In this document: positions 23,400 through 36,030 of the stretch, in pieces | Numbering within the stretch: position 1 is the stretch's first letter | How the letters are laid out: each line of letters starts with the position of its first letter | DNA from: Raja brachyura | Taxonomy: Eukaryota | Assembly (NCBI GenBank): GCA_963514005.1 | Contig: OY740808.1 | Coordinates: 22,258,001 to 22,322,000 of the forward strand | Length of the DNA: 64,000 nucleotides | Direction of reading: 5' to 3' | Position numbers and translations under genes: made by a program | The notes under the pieces: model-generated | The model's database searches: none | What the model was told of the DNA's origin: nothing | Seen by the model: only the letters and a program-made list of their open reading frames with translations

Positions 23400-24255
23400 A
23401 GTTTATCACCTTCTGCACAGGTACAGTGAGGTACAGGTACAATGAAAACCTTGCTTGCAGCAGATTCATAGGTGCATAGACTCAGATCACATAGAAAATA
23501 TTAATTATATGTAAATATGAGGCAATTAAAAGAAAAAGGCTGTGTAAGAACAAGACATTACTGCAAAACATAATCGAAAAACAAGTCCATGGTCGTGCAA
23601 GAGGTGGTTCATAGTGTTTCATTGCCGGGAATGGGTTTAGGGTGGTGCAGATCAGTTCAGACCATGATGTTTTCAAGAAAGTGGCTGTTCCTCAACCCGG
23701 TTGTCTAGGACGTCAGGCTTCTGCACTTCCTGCCCGGCGGTAGCAGCGGGAAGAGGGCGCAGCAAGATGGTGGGGATCTGTGATGGTAGATGCCACCTTC
23801 TTGAGGCTGCGCCTGGCGTAGATGTTTTGGATGGTGGGGAGGGTTGTGCCCATGAAGGACCGGGCTGAGTCCACCACTCACCGCAGCCTCTTGCATTCCG
23901 GTGCATTGGAATCGCTGTACCAGGTTATGATGCAACCAGTGAGATACTTGCAACTGTAGACTCTGTAGAAGTTTGTTAGAGGTGGTGGATTGCCTTCTTC
24001 GTGATTACATCTGTGTTGGGCCCAGGCCAGGTCTTTTGAGATCTCCTGTTAAGACCCAGGAATGTGTAGCTGCTAACTCTCTCCACTGCCGACCCATCAA
24101 TGAAACCTTCAACGTGGTCTCCTGATCTCACCTTACTGGAATCAATGATTAGATTCTTGGTTTTGCAGGCGTTGAGCGAGAGGTTTGTTGTTGTTGGGGC
24201 ACCACTCAACTAGGTGTCCAATCCCTCTCCTGTACGCTGACTCATCACTGCTTGT
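23400..24255 (-). mobile_element. Rex1/Babar-type LINE fragment
   Basis: DESAYRR.I..LVEWC..NLSLN..KTK.LIID..VERVSSY.FLG..LFPLLPPGRKCRSL motifs. Confidence 0.8.
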
Positions 24256-24719
24256 GTTTCGGTCATCTCTGGAGGACATGGATAGGTGACGTTTCGGGTC
24301 GGGACTCTTCTTCAGACACCAAGCCAGTATATTTATCCAAAGGCATTTTTCCAATGTCAATCCAAGAGCAGAATTCCATTTTATTAGCACCAATAAAGCA
24401 TCAATTAGCATAAAGACCCGAGAAAGCAAAAACCACGCAAGCATAGTTCCCTTCTGAGTTTAATATTTAAACTAATTTAGAAACCATTTACCTGCATAAG
24501 CGCGGCATGTTTAAGAGCTGCAAAGGGCCATAAAGATGCTGTCTAAGAAACATAAAAAGTCTGATCAGGTTTCTGCAAGAATAAATGGCCAAAAAATGAT
24601 AATTTAAAATACGAAAAATTATATAAATTATATAAAATATATAATTTTTAGATTTTTAAATTATCATTTTTGCAGGTCCTGCAAATCTGCCGAATGTCAA
24701 TGTTTTCCGACAGAAGATT

Positions 24720-24840
24720 GGAGGGGTGGAGGAATGGAGGGAGGGAGGGAGGGAGGGAGCGATGGATGTACGGATGGATGGATGATGAATGAATGATGAA
24801 TGGATCAACGAAGCAATGCATGGAGGAAGGATGAATGGAC
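24720..24840. repeat. (GGAG)n/(GGAT)n/(GAAT)n microsatellite
   Basis: Directly visible. Confidence 0.85.
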
Positions 24841-25074
24841 ATTTGTCAAAGATTGAATAGAGTTCGAGTGTTGCATTAAAGCATAATACCTTAAGGCCAC
24901 TGTTTTATTTTAGTCATATTATTTGTTTGCACACAGACTGCAGATAAAAATTCTAGGAAAACATAATTAGCTGTAATTGACCAGAAATGTATACATAGTC
25001 TAACGTACTTACATCCAGCAAGTGATGGATCAAGACTGTACAGTGTTCCAGGTCCAAAATCTATAAAGGGCCAC

Positions 25075-25325
25075 TGGCACAGTGGTGCGGCGGTAGAGTT
25101 GCTGCCTCACAGCGCAGGAGAGGCAGGTTCGACCCTGACTATGGGCGCTGTCTATACAGAGTTTGTACGCTCTCCCTGTGACCACATGGGTTATCTCCGG
25201 GTGCTCCGGTTTCCACCCAGACTCCAAAGACGTACAGGTTTGTAAGTTAATTGGCCTTGGTAAACTTGTAAATGGTCCCTAGTGTGTAGGCTGATGCTAG
25301 TGGATGGGGTTATTGCTGGTCAGTC
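25075..25325 (+). mobile_element. HE1-like V-SINE
   Basis: A-box/B-box head (ggttcgaccc) and V-domain. Confidence 0.85.
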
Positions 25326-26739
25326 TAAATTAAAGTCTAATGGGGTCTCATCAATGTCCTTTACCACTGAAATATAAGCTCCCTGCATCGTTTTCAATTC
25401 CCCCAGCATTGAACATCTGAAGAAGGGCCCCAACCCAAAACATTGTCTACCCATGTTCTCCTGTGATACTGCCTGACCAGCTGAGTTACTGCTGCACTTT
25501 GTGATTTTTTTGTCAACCATACTCTGCTGTTCCTTGTGTCTACATTAGCATCCTGATGGCTTTCCTGGACTCTTCTCCCCTCCATATCTGACAGCATGAC
25601 ATCCTTTTGTCTCCCTAACATTTGGTGCCTATCAGCTAATCACCCCCCCCCCCCCCCCCCACCCCTCCCCTCTCACTCTAGCCTGTATGTAACCCTTACT
25701 TGCTGCCTTGCTTTGTAAGCTGCCTTGTCCTGCTGACTTACTCCAGTCCTCTTTATGTCTTTTCCAGCTTTCTTACTTACTGGCTGTACACAGCCCTGTA
25801 AATTTGTAGTCATCCAGTAGACAACTGTTCTTGTCCCAGTTCACACCAAGTCCCACCAATAGGCTGAGAATGTTAAGCTGGAGGCATTTACCAGAAGTCC
25901 ATGCAGGGTCCAACCATTCTTCAAGTGATTGATCATTGCATTCTAGATCAAAAACCTATTAAGGGGACGGCACAGCGATGCCACGGTAGAGTTGCTGCCT
26001 TATAGCGCCAGAGATCCAGGTTCGATCCTGACTACGGGTGCTATCTGCACGGGGTTTGTTCGTCCTCCCTGTGACCACGTGGGTTTTTCTCCATGTGAGT
26101 CCGGTTGAGTTTAGTTTCTTGTCACGTGTACCAAGGTACAGTGAAAAGCTTTTGTTGTGTGCTAACCAGTCAGCCCAATCTACCGAGCCCCACCAAGGCA
26201 CATCAAACCCCACCAAGTCACCACCAATTCCCACCAGCTCACCACAAAGTCCCATCAGCACCCACCATCCCATGGGTGACCATCCCACCGACACTAAGTC
26301 ACCACCGTCACTACCAAGTCACCACGAAGCCCCTCCAAATCCCACCGAGTCGCACCAAGACCCACTCACCTGTGTTTACTTAACCACTTCACTCTGATGT
26401 TTACTGTTTTAAGTATACATTGTGCTTGGAGTCATGGAATAGCTAACTCTATCACACATATTCATGACCATGGTTCAATCATTAACACATCAAGTGAACG
26501 GTTTAATCACTGTGTGATTAAAGTTGCTGACTGTCAATTTAAGTTATTTAATTTACTTTCAAAAGTGCCACTATTTCGAAAGTTTTAACTTCCAACAGAA
26601 AGATATCCACTCCCACTCACAGCCGCAGATAACAACCCTTGGACTAAAAATGAGGTGAGCTTAAAGACACGAGAAGAAACACTTTTCAACTTGTATTTTA
26701 CCTGAGCCCCTCAGTGGCCTGCTAACCGCTCGAATTTAG

Positions 26740-26978
26740 TTTAGTTTAGCTTAGTTTACAGATACAGCACGGAAACAGGCCCACCGATGTACAAATTAGA
26801 GGCCAGTTAGCCTACAAATGGTACATCTTTGGAATGTTGGAGAAACCAGAGCATCCGGAGAAAACCCGTATGGTCACGGGGTGAATGTGCAAACTCTGTA
26901 CAGACAGCACCCGTAGTTAGGATCGAACTTGGGTCTTTAGAGCTGCAAGGCAGCAACTCTACTGCTGCGCCACTGTGC
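26740..26978 (-). mobile_element. HE1-like V-SINE
   Basis: Reverse-complement head and V-domain; (TAAAC)n tail. Confidence 0.85.
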
Positions 26979-27370
26979 CAGGTTATATATTCTCCATTCA
27001 CTACTGGCAAGGTCATTGTTATTGACTGCCCTTGCATGTCTTTCAGAAGGTGTTTCATTTTATTTGGGACATTTCCAACATTAGGGAGTGTGTGTCAGAA
27101 ATCGAACATAATGCAGGCGTGGGCAAGTTGCATTTGGCCACACAATGAAACATTCTCCTACAATGAAGACAGTAGCTAGCTTGCCCTTTGCAATCAATAG
27201 TGCAGTCTTTGGTGATCCATCGTCCTGAATCACGGCAGTCTATGTGGAAGGACCCGCGCAGTGTTGTTGGATGGGATGCATCAGAGTTCTTCCTTCAATG
27301 CTGAGGGAGAGATTGAGCTAGGTGGTTCATCACCCACACTCCCCGCTCCCAACTCCCACAGTACAGGTTT

Positions 27371-27632
27371 GGGGCAGCACAGTGGCACAGCAGTAGAGTT
27401 GCTGCCTTACAGCACTTGCAACTCTATCCATGTTCTCCCCATGACAGCGTGGGGTTTCTCCAAGATCTTCGGTTTCCTCCCACACTCCAAAGACGTACAG
27501 GTTTCCAGGTTAATCGGTTTAATATAAATGCGAATTGTGCCTACTGTGTGTAAGATAGTGGTAATGTGCGGGGATCGCTGGTCAGTGTGGATTCTGTGGG
27601 CTAGAGGGCCTGTTTCCACACTGTATCTCTAA
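27371..27632 (+). mobile_element. HE1-like V-SINE (internally deleted)
   Basis: Head, partial V-domain and tail. Confidence 0.8.
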
Positions 27633-28089
27633 AAGGAAATACAGTACCCCCCCCCCCCCAGCTGAACATGGAAAGGCGATGTTTTAGGTGAGGACCCTTT
27701 TTCAGAGCATGAAAAGACAAAAAGTGCTGGAGTCACTCAGCGGGTTAGGCAGCATCTCTGGAGAACGTTGAAAGGCAATGTTTCAGGTCGGGAGCCTTCT
27801 TCAGACAAATTGCAATGGTGTGAGGGGTGGGGGGGCTGGAAATAGGTGGGGCACGACAAACCGTGCACATGCTAGCTAGATACAGGGGAAGGGGTGGTTT
27901 GTTGGCATAGCTTTAGGGTGAGGGGTTCAAGGTTTACAGGAGAGGTGCCGGGCATGCTTTTTTCACAGAGGGTGGTGGATGCCTGGATCTTGCTGTCAGG
28001 GTCGTAGTGGAGGCAGATACTATATTGGCCTTTAAGAGACTTTTGGATAGGCAGGGAATGGAGGTATATGGATCATGTGTGGGCAGATT

Positions 28090-28520
28090 TGCAGAGAATT
28101 GTGGACGCAGCCCAGACTATCACACAAACCAACCTCCCTTCCATTGACTCCATCTACACTTCACGATGCCTCGACAAAGCCACCAGCATAATCAAGGATC
28201 TCTCATCCCGGCCATTCCCATCCGGTAAGAGGTATCCAAGTGTGAAAACACACACTTCCAGATTCAGGGATAATTTCTTCCCACTGTTATCAGGCAACCG
28301 AACCATCCTATCGCCAACTAGAGCTACCTGAACTGCTATCTATCTCATTTGAGACCATCGGACAATTTTTGATCGGACTTGACTGGCTTTATCTTGCACG
28401 AATCCTTATTATTCCCATTATCCCCTTGATCCTGTATCTGTACACTGTGGATGGCTCCACAACAAAAGGCTTTTTACTGTACCTCGGTACACGTGACAAT
28501 AAACTCAACTAAACCAAACA
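28090..28520 (+). mobile_element. Rex1/Babar-type LINE 3' end
   Basis: LQRIVDAAQTIT.TNLPSIDSIYTSRCL.KA.SIIKD..PSGKRY..TSRFRDNFFP. Confidence 0.8.
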
Positions 28521-28599
28521 GCTAAGGATCGGGTGGCATTATGTTGGCCACAGACAATGTGGGCTGAAGGCCCTGTTCTATGTTCTATGTCTATGAAAT

Positions 28600-29950
28600 C
28601 CCGAGGGTGATATTTAAGGCTCTCCAGAGATGACTGCTGTGGCTCCGGGGGAATACAGGCGCGGGGAGCTTTCTTTCATTGAATGGTGATGCGTGCACTG
28701 GTTAACGAGACAGCGAGTGGCACCAAGGGGAGGTCCCGCTTCGCTCGGAGATCTGGTGACTAGTTGTACCAGCTCTCATTAAACTTCGCCTCGGGATCCG
28801 CGCCTGAATTGGCTACGGGTTGGCCAATTTGAGGAGAGGAGTTTCACTGACTCTCGGGATGAGGAGTGTGTTGGCGGCGGCGATGGTCATGCTGCCAGCA
28901 ATTCACCGGTGAAGGGGTTGTAGGGGAAGACGCTACATCTTGGCTCCGGCGCTGTACACAAAGTCCAGCAGTCCGAGGGATCACAGCCACAACCCATGAA
29001 CGGGCACAGGTAAGGTTTCCCAGCGCTAGACTGCGCCCAGCCGCAGCTCACAAGTGACCTGGTTATTAGTTCATGATTAATTCAGGCCTTTGATATCAAT
29101 AAGTGTTTGCACCGAGGTTTCACCTCAATGCCGTTGTTACAGCGCTGAATGTTTCACAAAGCCGCGATTCTCTTCACTGGTTTAAAACAATGAATGTATG
29201 TTTTACGAGGCGCAGTTGCCGTGTCGGGAAGTGTATGGGGCTTGTGTGTGACTCCGTGGGGAAGTCATGTCCCTGTTGAAAGTGCGAGAGGCTGATGTGG
29301 GGGGTTTCAGTGCAGCGAGGCAGCGCCGCCGAGAGTGAGGTGGCGGCCAACAGAGGAACAGAGTGCTTGGGTCAATGTCCCACTGCCAAAGGAATGGACC
29401 GCAGAGGGGAACCGGGCTGTGAGTACACGGGGCGGGGAGGAGAGGAGGCCAGGAGCCGAAATATTGCAGAGATTATCGCTTCACGCTAGAGAAAGGAATA
29501 TTGGCGGCGAGGTCATTGTAAGGAGGTCCGAATGTATTTGGATGTACCAGCGCCCTCCACAGACGCTGCCCGACCCGATGAGTTACTCCCGCACTTTGTG
29601 TTTTACTTTGGGGAAAGATATTGGGTCTCAATGACGCCAAGAGCCAGCACAGACATTGACGGGCCAAACGGCCTCTTTTGCCCGCTCCTGTTTCTTTGCT
29701 GGCGTGAAACCCCTTTCCCCGAATAAGACCTGTTTGCATCGGTCGCCACGGGCAGTCTATAATGTGGATAGTCCTCAGGATTGATTGGGATATTCCGAAG
29801 GGTCTATCCCCATTCTGCTTTGAAGGTACGACTACCACGCTGGGTCGTTACAAACCGTGCGCTGATATCCCTCGCCCGCCACAAAGAATCGCAGATGAAT
29901 TGCAGAATATACTTAGTTCCCAGCCGATTCTATATGAGAACGCGCTAGTA
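28600..29950 (+). promoter_or_regulatory. CpG island / probable distal GAL3ST1 promoter with non-coding first exon (~28850-29009)
   Basis: CpG-dense and largely repeat-free. CCAAT boxes near 28808 (inverted) and 28824; strong donor CAG|gtaagg at 29010. Mammalian GAL3ST1 uses alternative non-coding first exons. Start site not determinable from sequence. Confidence 0.55.
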
Positions 29951-29974
29951 TTGTCAATTTATTTGTCTTATTTA

Positions 29975-30215
29975 TTGTCTATATAATATACATTATAATG
30001 TATTATATTATAATGTATATATAATTATGTATATATACTAATATAAGAATGTATGTATACATTATTTGTCTGGGTGTATATATATATACGCACACATAGA
30101 CAAATAATGTATATATTATAATATAATGTATATTATATATATATACAGACAAAAAATGTGTTATAAATCAATAGACAATGATAGTGCTTCAGTCCTATTA
30201 ATATAGATATATATG
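29975..30215. repeat. AT-rich (TA)n-type low-complexity tract
   Basis: Directly visible. Confidence 0.85.
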
Positions 30216-30800
30216 AACAAAAAAAAGTTCAGTATTGAACAGTATATGAACAAAAAATTCCAAGCACTCCCTGTGTTAAAAAAAACCCACTTGGCGTCAC
30301 GTTTGATTCATTCTTTTACCAATTTTATTTTATTCTCCATACTGAGCTTGCTGTTGTTCATTGTGGGGTTTACAGGGTACTGTGTCTAAATACATCTTGT
30401 GCTGCTGCAATTCGTGACAATAAAACACTCTTAACTCTTTAGTCTTTCAAATTATTTCCTTTTGAATACTTATCGGGTCACCTTCAGCACACTCCCCCAC
30501 AGCAAGGCATTCCAGTTGTCAGGCACTCCCTGTGTTAAAAAAAAAACACTTGGCGTCACGTTTGATTCTTTTTTTTACTAATTTTCTTTTATTTTCCTGT
30601 TTCTTGACTCTCTGCCAAAGGAAACGATTTGGCTCCCTGTCTTTCCAGGTCTTTGAGATAACCCTATCCCATCCACTCTCATAATGAGACACTGTCGCTA
30701 TGAGACAACCCTATCATATCACTATCTCATCCACTCTTGTGTTCCACGAACAATCCTCGCTTCTTCAGTAACACACGCCGCCTGACCCACTGAGTTCCTC

Positions 30801-31197
30801 GTTATTGTTAAAGAAGGAACTGCAGATGCTGGAGAATCGAGGGTTACACAAAAAGCTGGAGAAACTCAGCGGGTGCAGCAGCATCTAAGGAGCGAAGGAG
30901 ATAGGCGACGTTTCGGGTCGAGACCCTTCTTCAGACTGGTCAGGGATCAGGGAAACGAGAGATATAAACAGTGATGTGGAGAGATCAGGAACAATGAGTG
31001 AAAGATATGCAAAAAACTGCTTCCCTTATCACCAATACCTTTCTGCATATCTTTCACTCATTGTTCCTTATCTCTCCACATCACTGTTTCCCTGATCCCT
31101 GACCAGTCTGAAGAAGGGTCTCGACCCGAAACGTCGCCTATCTCCTTCGCTCCTTAGATGCTGCTGCACCCGCTGAGTTTCTCCAGCTTTTTGTGTA
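30801..31197. mobile_element. Young Penelope-like insertion forming a long inverted repeat
   Basis: Arms ~30841-31010 and ~31045-31201 are near-perfect reverse complements. Flanked by the 16-bp direct repeat acccactgagttcctc (30785-30800 / 31198-31213). Confidence 0.8.
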
Positions 31198-33169
31198 ACC
31201 CACTGAGTTCCTCCACCGCTTTGTGTTTTGACTCGGGATCCCAGTATCTACAGCCTCTCGTGTTCCTCCGCTTCTGACACAATTCACCATCTCTGCTTCA
31301 TTAAGGAGCATCACCACATCATTGTTTCTTGTATTAAACCTTACTACACCTATACTAATTGAGATAGTTTCTTCCCAGCAGTTATCAGGCAACCGAACCA
31401 TTCTATCATCAACTAGAGAGCAGTCCTGAGCGACCTCATTGGAGACCCTCGGACTACCTTTAATCACTCTTTACTGGTTTTTATCTTGCACTAAACGTTA
31501 TTCCCTTTCACCTCCATCTATACACAATGGACGACTTGATTGTAATCATGTAATCATGTATAGTCTTTCCGCTAAATGGATAGCACGCAACAAAAGCGCT
31601 TCACTTCACCTCGGTACACGTGAGAATAAACGGAATTGAACTAAAGTAGACAAAGAACTGCAGATGCCAGTTAATGTGCAAAAGGACACAACGTGCTGGA
31701 GTAACTTTGCAGCCTCTCAGGAGTATATGGAGAAAGAGCATGGATCATATTGTACAGAGATGCTGCCTGACCTGCTGAGTTCCTCGGCACCGTGTGTCGT
31801 TTTGTACACCTGTCTTAAATCTTGCTTTTTTTGTGTGTTAAGCTTTTATTTATAATGCCCACTGTTCTATGAGCATTTGGCCCAAATTCCTCGACCTAAC
31901 TTTGCCTTTTTCAACGAACTGTACACAATTCTAACTGTTGTATTATTTTTTAAAGTCATCCCCTCCAGCCGACTTGAATGGAATTGAAAGATGCAGCGTG
32001 GAAACAGGGCCTTCGGCCCACCAAATCCATGCCGGCCATCGATCACCCCTTGACACTAGTTCTATGTTATCCCACTTTCTCATCCACTCCCTGCACGCAC
32101 GGGGAAATTTACAGAGGCCAATTAACCTACAACCTACAAACCGGCACGTCTTTTGTCTTGTGTAATGTGGGAGGAAACCGAAGCACCGCGAAGTCACAGC
32201 GAAAACGTGCAAACTCCACACTGACAGCACCCGAAGTCAGGATCGAACCCGTGCCTCAGGTGTGCCGCCTCCAATTCTGAATGAGAGCCCCTCAGTTCAC
32301 ACTCAATCTGCCATTCTCCGACGGCCGTTGCTGAGTTCCCGACTGGGGCTGACACCAGCCCCCGTACCCATTGCATTGTCATCGTCTAATGTGGGATGTC
32401 CGACTCCTGCAACCAGCTGAACACAAAGTGCTGGTGGAACTCAGCTGGTGGGCCAGGCAGCGTCTGTGGAGGGAGTGTGCAGACCACGTTTAGGTCCGCG
32501 ACCCTTCCCCAGACAACATTAAAATACCCCTTCATAGACACCCGTTCCTTCTCTCCAGAGATGCTGCCTGTCCCGCTCGGTTACTCCAGTTTTTTTGTGT
32601 CTATCTTCGGTTTAAACCAGCATCCGCAGTTCCTTCCTACACATTAAAATACGCCTTGACAATCTTGACATTGAGCCGAAGGGAAGGTGTGCAGCTCAGG
32701 GGCGCAGTGGTCGCGGGTTCGACCCTGACTATGGGTGCGGTGTGTGTGGAGTTTGTACGTTTTCCCTGTGATCTGGGTGGGGTTTTCTCCGGGTGCTCCG
32801 GTTTCCTACTACATCCCAAAGATTAACTAGGTTAATTGGCTTTGGCAAATTGTGCCTAGTGTTAGTGTTCCTCGCGTTCCTAATGGCCTGTTTCCACGGT
32901 GTATCGCTAAACTAAACTAGTGTACGGGTGATTGTTGGTCGGACTAAACAAAACTAAACTAAGATCCCGTGAATGACGCCTCTCCCCCCTGGTTTCTGAG
33001 TGTTACACACAGCCGTGTGTCCTGTCCCTGAGACGAAATACATTTCCCATATCAGTCCATGACTTGGCTCCCGGGCAAATGTTGGAAATCTGAGACCACA
33101 GAAAACATAATTTGGCCCGCTGTCACCCACTAATAGATTCGTTTTAAAGACATGCAGCTGGCAAGGGCT

Positions 33170-33445
33170 GCTGCCTCACAGCGCGAGAGACCCGGGTTCA
33201 ATCCTGACCCCGGGTCCTGTCTGTGTGGAGTTTGCACGTTCTCCCTGTGACCTCGTCTGTTTTCTCCGATTTCCACCCACATCCCAAAGACGTGCGGGTC
33301 TGGAGGTTAATTGGACTCTGTAAATCGCCTCTAGTGTGTAGGGGGTGGATGTGAAAGTGGGGCAACTTAGAACTAGTGTGAACGGGTAATCGATGGTCAG
33401 CATGGACTGGTTGAGCCGAAGGGCCTGTTTTCATGCTGTATCTTT
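33170..33445 (+). mobile_element. HE1-like V-SINE
   Basis: B-box ggttcaatcc, V-domain and tail. Confidence 0.85.
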
Positions 33446-33967
33446 CAGTCAATTCAATAAATATTTGGGGATGCGCGCTCGCTTTCCCAACTCAACCATC
33501 ACACTGATGTCAACGATGTACTGGAAGCAGATCGCCATAGTTTGAGGAGACACGGGGGGGACTGCAGATGCTGGAATCTTGAGCAAAACACAATGTGGTG
33601 GAGGACCAGTTAGAAGGCTCCCGACCTGCAAGGTCGTCAGTTCATTTCCTCCACAGAGGATGTCTGACCCACTGAGTTCTTCCAGCACTTGTGTTTTGTT
33701 ACATTGAGGTCTGGCGTGGAGGAGGGGGGAGGGGGGGGGGGGAGGGTTTTAGTAGGATGTTTGTAGGGTACATACCAAATCTGGCAGCATAGCATGGATT
33801 ACAGGGGAGCTCCACTTGAAATCTGCAGACACCGGGAACTGCAGATGCTGGTTTATATGCATCCTTGGAGAGATACACCAGACCATCACACAAACCAACC
33901 TCCCTTCCATTGACTCCATCTAGACTTCACGCTGCCTCAGCAAGGCCACTAGCTTTATCAAGGACTT

Positions 33968-34312
33968 GAAACATATAAGATTGGTAAGGGTTTGGACACG
34001 CTAGAGGCAGGAAACATGTTCCAGAACCAGGGGCCACAGTTTAAGAATAAGGAGTAAGCCAGTTAGAACGGAGACGAGGAAACACTTTTTCTCACAGAGA
34101 GTGGTGAGTCTGTGGAATTATCTGTCTCAGAGGGCGGCGGAGGCAGGTTCTCTGGATGCTTTCAAGAGAGAGCTAGATAGGGCTCTTAAAAATAGCAGAG
34201 TCAGGGGATGGGAGGAACGGGGTACTGATTGGGGATGATCAGCCATGATCACATTGAATGGCGGTGCTGGCTCGAAGGGCCGAATGGCCTACTCCTGCAC
34301 CTATTGTCCACT
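33968..34312 (+). mobile_element. CR1 3' fragment nested in a Rex/Babar 3' end (33878-34680)
   Basis: CR1 tail sequence interrupts the Rex reading SFIKD...PGH. Confidence 0.8.
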
Positions 34313-35760
34313 GTTTTACCCTGGTCACTTCCTCTTCTCCCCACTCCCATTAAACAAGAGGTCTTGAAGTGTGAAAACGCACACCTCCAGATTCAGGGAC
34401 AGTTTCTTCCCAGCTGTTATCAGGCAACTAAACCATCCTCTCAACAACTGGAGAGTAGTCCTGATCTACCATCTACCTCATTTTAGACCCTCAGACTACC
34501 TTAAATCAGACTTTACCTTGCACTAATTGCCTTTATAATGTATAACGTATAATGTTATTCCCTTTATAATGTATCTGTACATTGTGGATGGCTCGATTGT
34601 AATCATGCACAGTCTTCCCGCTGAATGTTTGGCATGCAACAAAATCTTGTCATGGTACCTCGTTACGTGTGACAATAAACTGAAGAACATGGATAGGTGA
34701 CGTTTCGGATCCGGGATACTTCTTCAGGCTGATTATGTTGGGGGGTGGGAGAGCAGCTGGGGGCAGGACAAAATCTGACCATTGATAGGTGGATACAGAT
34801 GAGGGGAGGGGATGATAGGCAGATAGCTGGACATTGGCCAGAGATGATGAGGTAAAAGTGCAAGATAAGGAGAGAAGAGCTGTGAATTGTGAAGCCAGAG
34901 GAAAGAATGTAGATGGAATGGGATGGGGGGGGGGGGGGGGGTTGATAGATTTGAACCCCAGATAGTTTCCACACCGCCTCAGACAGTGAGCTTGCCTTCT
35001 GTCAAGTCAGGCTTCCATTCACTGGGAAGCCGCATCCAGGGACCAGAGTAGTTGCTGCCTGAACAGGCACATGTATACTCAGCTGAGTGAGCTGCTGCAT
35101 TGCAGTAGGCGGGAGAAAGCTGGAAGAGAGGTTGGGGTGGGTCAAAGTCTGGCGAGTGATAGGTGGATATAGGTGGGGGGGGGGGAGGGTTGATTGACAG
35201 ATGGGTGGACAAAGGCCATAAATGAAAAGACAAAAGATGTGATACAAGGAGAGAAGATGCAGGAATTCAGAAGCCAGATGATGGGATATAGGTGGAAGGG
35301 GATAGAGGGGAATGAGAAAGGCCTGTGGGATAGTGGAAGAATTGGGCCCTGAGCTGAAACATTGCCTATCCATGCTGCCTGAGCTGCTGAATTACTCCAG
35401 CACTTTGTGTTTTGCTCAAGATTGCAGCATCTGCAGTTCCTTGTGTCTCGGATATATCTGCTGCTCCTTGTCTAGTCTCAGAGGTACCCTGAATTCCATT
35501 GTCATCGGTACTTAGCTCAGCATCCACTTCTGAAGTAATTAACTAGGCTGAAAGCCAATCACTAAACATTTAAAATATATAAAACCTAATTGGAAACAGA
35601 GTTAAAGTCAGGTGTAGTTTTATTTTGCAATATGTATCAACAACTTGCCAATCTTCCCTTCCACATTCAATGCCCACCTGTTCCTGGACAAAGTCCAGAG
35701 ATGTGCTAATAATTACACTCATAATTAATAATTACATGAATAATTAATAATAAACAGTGT

Positions 35761-36030
35761 TTGGGTGGCTCAGCTGGTGTAGCTGCTGCCTCACAGCGCT
35801 CGAGACCCAGGTTACTTCCTGAGCTCAGGTGCTGTCTGTGTGGAGTTTGCAGGTTCTCCCTGTGACCACAGGGGTGCTTTGGGTTTCCCCCACATCCCAA
35901 AGAGGTGCAGGTTTTTAAAGTTAATTGGTCCTCATGTGTAGAGAGTGCACGCAAAAGTAGGATAACATTGTGAACGGGTGGTCGCCATGGACTCGGTGGG
36001 CCGAAGGGCCTGTTTCCAAGCTCTATCTTT
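35761..36030 (+). mobile_element. HE1-like V-SINE
   Basis: Head, V-domain and tail. Confidence 0.8.

Noticed and set aside
26180-26370. Pro/Thr/His-rich ORFs
   Set aside because: Degenerate cccaccaag low-complexity tract.
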